This document shows, in pieces, positions 54,601 to 64,000 of a DNA stretch of 64,000 nt. Made by a program: the position numbers and the translations under genes. The DNA is taken from positions 1,674,001 through 1,738,000 of the forward strand of contig CAJFCJ010000003.1 in NCBI GenBank assembly GCA_904063045.1, in the 5' to 3' direction. Numbering within the stretch: the first letter of the stretch is position 1; each line of letters begins with the position of its first letter. Source of the DNA: Dimorphilus gyrociliatus (Eukaryota > Animalia > Annelida). The notes beneath the pieces are model-generated. The model saw only the letters and a program-made list of their open reading frames with translations. It made no database searches and was not told the DNA's origin.

Positions 54601-56870
54601 GGATAATTTAATAATAAAAAATATAGGGAAAAACTGGTACAAGAGGATCTCTTGGCTACAAGGGACCAAAAGGAGAACCAGGAGATATAAATTTAGCAAA
54701 AGGCTTTTTAGGCGAAATAGGAGAGAAAGGTTGGCCTGGACTTCCTGGCTTGAAAGGTCCAAGAGGAGAACAAGGTCCAATAGGTCCAACTGGTCGGAAA
54801 GGTATACCAGGTGATACAGGCTACAAAGGGGACCACGGTGATCCAGGGCTTGATGGACTTCAAGGCCAAAAAGGTCGAAGAGGAAATTCTGGATATGCTG
54901 GAACAGAGGGTGAAAAAGGCTATGTTGGAGATCCAGGCCAACAGGGTCCTAAGGGTCCTTTAGGAGATATAATCTATGATCCAAATTCGTCCAAAAGGTT
55001 GAAAACAGGCGATCCAGGAGTGCCAGGACAGCCAGGTATAGATTTATTTTAGAGGTATCATACCCATATTAGTGAATTTCAGGAGGTATGGGTTTACCTG
55101 GAAAACCTGGAGAAGAGGGTGAAGATGGAAACCCTGGTGAAGCTGGACCTAAAGGTTATGTAGGAAATACTGGGTTATCTGGATTTCCTGGTGACAAGGG
55201 AGAAAGTGGTAGACAAGGTTTTGATGGTTCAAAAGGAAAAAGAGGAGGGGATGGTATTAAGGGTGAAAGAGGGAATATGGGACAAAAGGGAGTGAGAGTA
55301 AGTTATAATTAAAGTTATAAGTAAACTACGATTTCTTTGAGAAAATCGTTTGACAGTTTGCTAATATTTGTATCTTCGTCAGGGAGAATCAGCTGCAACA
55401 GCTAAAGGTTTAAAAGGAGAGAGAGGGGAACCTGGTCCAGATGGAAGACAGGGTCCAATGGGCGAAGATGGGGGGCAGGCCTCTAAGGGAGAACAGGGAA
55501 TAGATGGAAGAAAAGGAAGAAAAGGACAACCTGGACGTAGAGGTCAGACTGGAAAAAAAGGAGAAAATGGTTCAAATCTTCCTGGTCAAAAAGGTGCTAA
55601 TGGGGAAAGAGGACCGCAAGGGAAGCAAGGTATTAAGTATGAGTTTTGGCTTCATCACATTAAAAAAATTTTTAACACTATTAGGAGAGAAAGGAGAGGC
55701 TGGACTTGGGGGAAGAGATGGAATTGTGGGAAAAACTGGTAAACAAGGAATTTCAGGCAGAAAAGGAGCGACAGGAGAGGTTGGAGAGCCAGGAAAGAAG
55801 GGTATTGAAATATATAACAAAGGAGTAAAGGGTAGTTCAGGTGAGAGAGGTCGACCGGGAAGATCTGGAAAAAAAGGAGAAATTGGTGATATTGGTTATT
55901 CAGGAATACCAGGATTCTCAGGGTTAACGGGTCAAAAAGGCCGCAAAGGCTCACAAGGAAAAATTGGGAAGCCTGGTCCTATAGGTGATTCGGGGGTTGA
56001 TGGCGGTCGTGGTTCTGCTGGTCGAAAAGGTTATTTTGGCGAAAAAGGAGAACCAGGTGATTCTGCTCCTGGTACTAAAGGCTCCAACGGTATGAAGGGC
56101 GTAAAAGGTAGTTCAGGTTCAAAGGGACTTGCTGGAGACATTGGTAATCCTGGTAGGAAAGGATTTCCCGGAGAAAGTGCGATAAGCCAACCTGGTGAGA
56201 GGGGAGAAATAGGAGAAGTTGGTGAAAGCGGCCTATATGGAGATGTTGGAGCACTAGGACCACCCGGAGAAAAAGGAGAAGTTGGTGACAGAGGATTGGC
56301 TGGTACTGCTGGATCACCTGGAGAAAGAGGTCCTACTGGCCCTCAAGGATACCAAGGGCCATCGGGAGAGGATGGTGTTGAAGGTGCAAATGGTATTGAT
56401 GGACTGAAAGGATATGCTGGTGATCCAGTGAGTCTTATTAACTAAAATATCACATCAAACTAATTTTGCAACCATATAGGGAGAGGCTTTGGAAGCAGAA
56501 AAAGGTACTGATGGAACAAAAGGGATTGATGGCCTTTTGGGACAAAAGGGAGATAAAGGGGACAATGGGCTGAATGGTAAGACTGGTTTAAATGGATTAC
56601 CAGGCCAAAAAGGTCCAAAAGGTAATATGAATAGTCATAACTAAATGCCGGTTTAACTAACTGAAAAATTTCAGGTATGTCCGGCGAAAGTAGTAGAATT
56701 TCAGACAAGGGTATGAAAGGTGAAGCTGGACGTCCAGGAAGAAATGGTATAGTAGGAGCTAAAGGAGATATAGGATACCCAGGACCCGTTGGTGAATTTG
56801 GAGAAAAAGGGCAAGTGGGCAAAAAAGGTATCTAAGGGAAGAGAATCCATCATATTCAGTACACAATATA

Positions 56871-56916
<46 letters not shown>

Positions 56917-58846
56917 TATATATTATATACAGTATATATATAATATAATTGTTGTAGATTTCAGTATCAAATACGACTAAAAATGATTTTTTATTACCTA
57001 TTATTATTATCTTATACGAAAATTTAACGTATTTTACGTTCGTATGAATAAGTACCGTTGAAAGAATGACTTAAGACTAAGTTTGAATACTAAAACGTAG
57101 AGTCTACGCATAAAATAACGTAATGTTAGTATTAGACACATTGGCAACGTACCAATATCTAGACGTTATGACCATCGACTACATAATTATATGTAATAAA
57201 TATATATAATTATACTTTAGGTGCGAAAGGATTAAAAGGATATAATGGTGAGGTTGGTGATCCCGCCTCTTCAGAAAATAATGAGCCAGGAGAGCGAGGA
57301 GTGGTCGGGTCTCCAGGCTTACCAGGTAACAGGGGTGTTGAAGGAAGTAAAGGTGTTATAGGTGATCCAGGAGAAAAAGGTGCACCTGGGGTTAAACATA
57401 TACCGGATAGTTCACTCTTGAAAGGAAAGAAAGGAAACGATGGCCAAAATGGGTCCAAAGGAAAAAACGGACCAAATGGAGAAATGGGAGATGACGGTTA
57501 TCGAGGCCCAATTGGATTGCAAGGTGACAGAGGTAAGAAAAATCTTTCAATTAAATTAATGCAACACTTATAATTTCTAAAACGTAAAAAAAGATTCTAA
57601 AGTATACATTTGTTTATGGTATTTATAGGACGACGGGGTGAGGACGGGCGAAATGGTATAAATGGAAAAGATGGAAGTATAGGCTTAAAAGGTGACCCAG
57701 CCGACGCAGAGAGTGCACGTGGACAAACAGGTGATAAAGGTTTCAAGGGTATTGATGGTTACAAAGGTAAACCAGGACCAAAAGGATCAAAAGGATTTTC
57801 AGGTTCTAATTAGATAAAGTAGATCATGCTTCAGTTGACTAATAATTTCGTTTCCAGGACTAGATGGAAAGCCTGGTGTAGTCCTTCATTCAATACCAGG
57901 TCAAAAGGGCGAAAGAGGAAATCTTGGAAGAAGAGGTCCATCTGGAAAAATAGGCCGATTCGGCCTCAAAGGCATAGAAGGGAAAAGAGGTATTTACGGT
58001 CTTGATGGCGATCCTGGTCATAAAGGCAATAAAGGTGATCCTGGAAGTCAAGGAGTTACAGGTCTTGACGGTCCTGATGGAGAGAGAGGTGATAATGGCA
58101 GAGAGGGTAATTCAGGAGATGATGGGGATCCATATGTTATACCTAATAATTTGATATGGCCAGGATATTTATACGCAATTCACAATCAATCTACGTCAAT
58201 TCCTACTTGTCCTCCTGGTCTAAGAAAAGTATCTGATGGATATTCTTTAGTCTTTATGGAAGGAAATCGTTATGCCCATGGTCAAGATTTAGGAGAGTCG
58301 GGTAGCTGCTTGCCTGTGTTTGCCCCAATGCCCTTTCTATTTTGTGGTTTGGATAATACTTGTAATTATGCTCTTAGTAACGATTTTAGTTATTGGTTAT
58401 CAACTGGCGCACCAATGAGAAAAGATATGGAGGCTTTAAAGGGTAGGGAATTGGATATGCATGTTGGCAGATGTGCTATCTGTCAGTCTCAGACGCAGTT
58501 GATGGCAATCCACAGTTTCTCATCTGATCCTCCAAATTGTCCGGTTGATTGGTCAGCTAAATGGTATGGTTATAGTTTTGTACAAGTCAGTGGTCATGGT
58601 GGTCTTGGAGATAATCAAGCTCTACATTCTCCCGGTTCCTGTTTGCCCAAACCATATACAAATGTTATGATCCAATGCCATGGGAGAGGAACTTGCAATT
58701 ATTTTTCTAGTGATTTTAGTTACTGGTTGGCAGTTCCAGATGATACTAACGATTTTGCCAAGCCAAATAGTAAGACATACAAGGCTGGAGAATACCAACG
58801 GAAGATAAGTCGCTGTGTAGTGTGTGCGAAAAGGGTGTCATCTTGA
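51698..58846 (+). CDS. COL4A1: Collagen type IV alpha1-like chain
   Basis: Signal exon [18 protein letters not shown], then 7[14 protein letters not shown] and GCNGTK, and many Gly-X-Y exons. The NC1 has 12 Cys and alpha1-type signatures [34 protein letters not shown] and ISRCVVC. Stop TGA at 58846. Confidence 0.92.
56874..56912. repeat. (TA)n microsatellite inside a palindrome
   Basis: TA run flanked by atactg and cagtat, in a collagen alpha1-like intron. Confidence 0.9.
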
Positions 58847-61800
58847 AATACTTTTTTGCATATCTGTCTAATATTGTTGCTTATCGGTACATAGTGAGTT
58901 CTTCAATGACTATACTGATTTCTTAGAAAGAGCTGCATTTCTGTTGGTGCTATTAGTTTTTAGGATCTAGTTTCAAATTTGTGAAAAAATACATGATTAT
59001 GTTTTTTTAACTTTGAGATAGTTTTGTACGCAAAAATAGCCGGGAATACTCATAACTATCAGAAAGGTAATGCACGTTTGATTTGTATGAGACTGAAGAT
59101 GGAGCTAACAAAAGTCTTTGGGCAGGAAATGGCCAATATATTTAATTTTTTTCTTCATCTCCGCATCGAGTCAAGAGATTTTAAAATAAGGAAATAGAAA
59201 ATTAACTGATGGGAAGATAATGATGGTCGGAAGCTATTAATGATATATAGAGGGCGCAAGATACCCTTTACCTTAAATTGTATGCATATTTTCCTTTTCT
59301 AGTAAAACCGCTAATTTATATTGATCCGGAAGCCTGAAAAGACAATGATGTATTAACTGATACTAAAAATATTATTTTTACTTTTGTGTAAATCAAACTT
59401 GAATAGATATTATTTACTTAAAAATCAGAGGAAAAGTTCTATTAAAGAAGTAAGTTTAAAAAAGGATAATTTTTTAAATCTAGAATGAACTAGATGTTAT
59501 GCAGACTATAACCACACCTACTATGCTATAATCGATTCATGAGTCATTTATAAAACTTTGAAGTTTTATTACATGTATCAAAAGGGAGAAATAATTAGGT
59601 GATTCTGAAAGTTTATTCTAAAATACCTTGGACTGAGATTTTAATTTACAAGTGAAAATTCTATCGATAATTCATAAATTAGTGCGACTTCGATGCTCTT
59701 AAAATAATAGGTTATAGTATACTTTTAGCTCCCTTATTTTTATTTCTAATTATTAACACTGTACTACTATCTCTCATTCATCTCTCTTCTGAAACATTTA
59801 TCTCACATCTTAAGAATTAAAAAGAGCAGTAAATTTGTGCACCTTTCAATTTCAAGCAAATGTTTTTATAATCGATTTCGATTGATACAATTACTATATA
59901 TCAATAGAAGTGAATTTATAATAAGCTGCTGGTAGTTAGCATCCTCAAAGTGTTTGATTACAGTATATTATAAAAGCATTAGTATATTTATGTATGTCTT
60001 ATTCACAAGAATTCAAAAATGAAGTCAAAAACATAGTTTTTTAGTTGTCGACATTAGTTGAAGAATTTTTTAGTCATGAAATAGTCCATGCATAATAAAA
60101 CTACAGAGTACCCAGTTGAAAACTGAAATAACGATATCTCTCACTAACATATCTTCTAGTAGCTTGAAGCTTAATATGAAATTATGAGAATGAAATACTG
60201 CACCACGTATCATCGAAAGTCAATATATTAAACTAAAGACTATGAGCCTTGCGAGTATTTTAGATTAAGAAATTCTCTTGGTATGAATTATTGGCGTTTT
60301 GAAATGATTAAGCTTTTATGATATTTTCCCGTGAGTTGTATATTTCCCAACTTAAGAAAAAATATAAAATTCCTTTTTAACACTCACAAAGCAGCCTTCC
60401 GATATAAATGTAGGTTATAGACGTATTTGCAGGAAATCTACATAGAATCATTATAAAAGATTTAGACAGAAAATGATATTCTACAAAATATAATTGACTT
60501 CCTTATAGGAATCGGTGAAAGCAAAATAAGAATATGTCAAAGATCAATCGCATAAAAATCATAATAACTTTATACAACATAAATAGCTACGTTTTGTTAA
60601 AAAAATATATATTTCTGCATTGGAGAATTAGCTTATTTATCCTTTTATTTCCTTTTAATAGCACACTGATAAACAAATTATAGGAACATAGTTCTTGGCA
60701 ATCATTTTGCTGAAATTGAATTGACAGGCTATAAACTTCAATTACAAACAAATAATATATGCAGTCTCCAAATCTACTTTTTCTATCGTATCATTTTTAT
60801 CCTCATTATTTATAGACATTAACAAAACGCTTATGAAAAAAATAGATGAAACGAAGAGTAATCTGTTAGCTTTTTAACTTTCGGCCTGAGTACAGGATGG
60901 ATTAATTAAATACAGGAAATATTAAAGTAACAGCTGCGCTGTATATGCTCTATTTTGCAGACGCTTCAATCATTTCCTGACAAACTTCGCACACTTTTGG
61001 GTGTTGCGCACGCCAACACATCTGCATTTTATCCGTCTTCTATACAATATAAATTCTTATTTTGATATAAATTTTCTCTAGTTTCAGTGATTAGTTTAGA
61101 TTAATCGCCTGTCAATCAATAGCTTCCCTCGTTAGTCTCAGAAATTGAGTTAATTCAATGAATCGTAAAGAAAAATAAACATTTCAGTGTAGTTTATATT
61201 CGGGTGAAAAGAGGGAAAATTAGCGTATACTAATTTCCCATGTCAAGTATATATAAGAAATGGTCGGCAGCTGTTTCGTCTAACCTTTATATAATGCAAA
61301 TAAAGTGCTATTGCGTGAGTGAAAAAGAGAGCGTTTTAATCCGCCAGCTGCAACCTAGAAATGGCGTTAAGCCGACTGTTTTCCTTAGATTTTTTCGACG
61401 TTCTCGTAATATGAATGACGCGAGGTCTTTAGAAAAAAGAAAACAATTCAGTTTTCATGCTTGATATTTTCAAGCCAAGTCAACTGAATGATTTGATAAT
61501 CAGACATCTGATACAACCCGTTCGTTTGGGTGTTAATCTACGACTTCAAACTTGTAAGGTTCCACTGGGCATGATAGCCAGCTGAGTTTATAAAGGTTCG
61601 TGTTTTTTTTGCTTAAATACGCCTTCTCCGAAATACAGTGCACATCTTCCCTATTTTTGTAAAAACAATATAATGTTAGAGTATGCCAGGATATTCTTTC
61701 CAAAAACCTTTTTGTATTTTCTTAGATAATATCCTCAATTCTATAGCAGATGATGTTGCAAGTTTACAAATTAATGTACTATCTATGTAAGCTTATAAAA

Positions 61801-62332
61801 CATTGCTATTCTTAAAAATCTTATGTCGAAAAAATCATTTAAAGTAATTGTAAATTTATAGGAATTTATATCGCTAACCATATGATCAAATGGTATGCTA
61901 ATTTTACTTTAGTCTCTTTATCAGTTCTCTTTTTGAGCAACTGAGATGATAATAATACAGTAAATTTATAAAAAATTTCCAGAACAATTTTTTACTGAAC
62001 CGGAATTAATACAGCAATTAATGAAGAGTATTAGGTATATCATTTTTGCTTTGAAAGACACCATATGTCTCAGGTGCATGTAAGCCCTAATAATCAAGTA
62101 TGGGTATGTATTTTTACAATTTCGAAGAAAGGGTGAAAATAGTTGACAAGCAGACGAAGATATGATTAAGAACAATATAGAAAAAGTCTAAGAGGAGTCT
62201 ACTCCTGAGCAAAATCCAATCTAGCCATGCAAGGCTAACGATTTTACGACTGGGCTTTTGTAAAAAAGAAAGTATTTAATTAGCTTTCGGATCACGTAGC
62301 CGGCAGTTAGTCAAACTTGAGACACCTTGAAG

Positions 62333-62595
62333 CTTATGAATCTGCCTTTGATGCCATAATTTCATTTTCTTTTGACAGCTTTGCCCTCTCAGCAGCCAAT
62401 TTCTTAACCGTTGCCTTGTCAGTCCTTTTGTCTACTATTAAGCATTAAGTATTGAATCCTATTTACCCACCTACAACATTTTTTAGCATCCTAGCTTATA
62501 GTTTGCTTTGATGGCATAATTTTATTTTCTTTTGACAGCTTTCCCCTCTCAAAAACCCATTTCTTAGCGTTTGCCCTGTCAGTTTGATGGTCTAT
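62333..62595. repeat. Imperfect tandem duplication, two units of about 100 bp with a period of about 160 bp
   Basis: gcttatgaatctgcctttgatgccataatttcattttcttttgacagctttgccctctc...ttgccttgtcagt (from 62333) versus gcttatagtttgctttgatggcataattttattttcttttgacagctttcccctctc...ttgccctgtcagt (from 62494). Confidence 0.9.
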
Positions 62596-63009
62596 AAGGA
62601 GTTTTGCAACTGCAGAAAGTTATCTTAGATGCTATATAGGTTTTATAGCTTCCAATAAATCTTTTCGTTTCTTATCTGTTAAACTGAAGATGTGCGAAAT
62701 CTTTTCCTTATCATTAAATAGCTGAGTAAGTGGTTGTACAAACGCTTTGAATATCGCATAGGGCGCGCCAAAAGCACTGCTATACATGTTTCGTTGTACA
62801 GTATAAAAGAAGCGGCAGTTCTCTGCAGGTAGTGTATCAAGCTGCAGAATTGCTACCGCGTTGTCATGCTTTTATAAACGGTATGAATTCTTTATTTGTG
62901 AGCTGTTTTTTCTGGAATCAATTGAAAGAATCGAATCAGTCTATACCACTATGATAATACTAAATTGCAGAACACTGGCTTCGTATGGCTAATTTCTCAT
63001 TCGTTTCTT

Positions 63010-63554
63010 ACAGATATAGAAGGGAAGAGAGCGACTGAGGGAGAAGGCGTTGTTTGTCTGCTAGCTTCTCAGAAAATTGGACTGGCCATGTAAACGAATA
63101 CATCATGTAAAGTGCCTTTGAAAGTAATGAAGGTAAGTTTAGTATAATTAAGCCAACCGTAAAAATGCTAATTTTTCTATGCCAAGTTTTTATATCCTTT
63201 TTATTTCTATAACAAGAGATAGAAATTCGTTTTTATCTTGCCATAGGTAAAACATCTGCGTCTTTATTAGTGAACTTGTACTCTAAAGTTTTGCAAATTA
63301 GAACCTGTGATTTAAGCTTGTAAATAAAATTGAAACGATATCAATTCGTATTTTACTGAATGCTCTGCAACAAGATTACTGAATAATTGAGTGCTTAGTT
63401 TTTTGTCGATTATACTATAGGCGTCCGTAAAAACTTGAGTTGCTATAGCAAAGAGAAAAAAACAGGCGTACGCCAGTGTTGCTTTTGTCCAAGCAGGTTT
63501 AGTTTTTATATAATAAATTTTCCAGAATGGCATCCACAACCTCTTTATCCGCAA
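63010..63554 (-). other. Possible exons of an unidentified membrane protein
   Basis: Open frame 63554-63312 has a hydrophobic stretch ATLAYACFFLFAIATQVF. It can splice (phase 2) to an open frame at about 63208-63012 with ISIFTVGLIILNLPSLLSKALYMMYSF. No family was recognised and the downstream chain does not resolve. Confidence 0.3.
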
Positions 63555-64000
63555 TAATTTGATGTTTTAGTTCCCTTGTTTATCGAACACAATTATTTTT
63601 TGATAATTTTTTTTCTACATCTGTTTTCAATATAATCTAGTGAAATTATAACGAATGAGACCGGGAATTATTCTGCTTATGTATGTTTTCTTTCTTTGTG
63701 ATCGATCTGTGTACCAGCAGATGTCAAGCACCGCCATTAAAAATAAATAATAAAACAATAAATATAAAGGCGAATAAAAAGTAGGCCGCAAAAAATTCTC
63801 CATAGACTTAGCCTAGATGTTGCAGATCGACAGCAACAGGTCTCTTCGGGACGCTCTTTTTTCCGTATTGTGAATGTAGATAAGAACGGGCCACCGAATT
63901 TTGAAAAATTACTATTTTTTGGATATAGATATCTCTTGTGGCGGTATAAACTAATTAATGGACCGTTCCGTAGATACGATTGACTTTCATTAATTACAAG

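Noticed and set aside
43576-57458. Many antisense and off-frame ORFs over the collagen genes (e.g. 46749-47036, 47411-47749, 53146-53490)
   Set aside because: Shadows of Gly-X-Y codon periodicity (GGN gives NCC on the other strand), not independent genes.
63014-63560. Plus-strand exon chain (63014-63132, 63421-63496, 63526 onward)
   Set aside because: The first exon has stops in all frames and the last intron would be only about 29 nt.

Overview
This is AT-rich eukaryotic (metazoan) genomic DNA, not a prokaryotic window. Genes are intron-dense with mostly 50-60 nt GT-AG introns. The compact architecture and gene content suggest a miniaturised lophotrochozoan such as a small annelid (inference only). 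I assembled exon chains by hand for nine genes, in order: an Rh-type ammonium transporter (-), a 17-kb TIA-1/TIAR RNA-binding protein gene (-), an intronless divergent eRF1 paralog (+), an NHL/beta-propeller-like protein (+), a GPI-anchored Cys-rich protein (-), an ovo/shavenbaby zinc-finger factor (-), a classical calpain (-), and a head-to-head collagen IV alpha2-like (-) / alpha1-like (+) pair. There is also a small MGCxxS-start ORF (-) and unresolved coding-like fragments at 62-63.5 kb. The three strongest leads are: (1) a full-length intronless eRF1 with GGQ->GGS and NIKS->SIKS whose start lies 213 bp from the TIAR start; (2) a hidden, phase-consistent three-exon alternative TIAR N-terminus plus candidate poison exons in its very long introns; (3) both collagen IV NC1 domains lacking the Arg76 chloride switch while keeping the sulfilimine Met/Lys. 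All three stop codons end genes here, so the genetic code looks standard. Residue comparisons to human proteins are from memory, not from a computed alignment.
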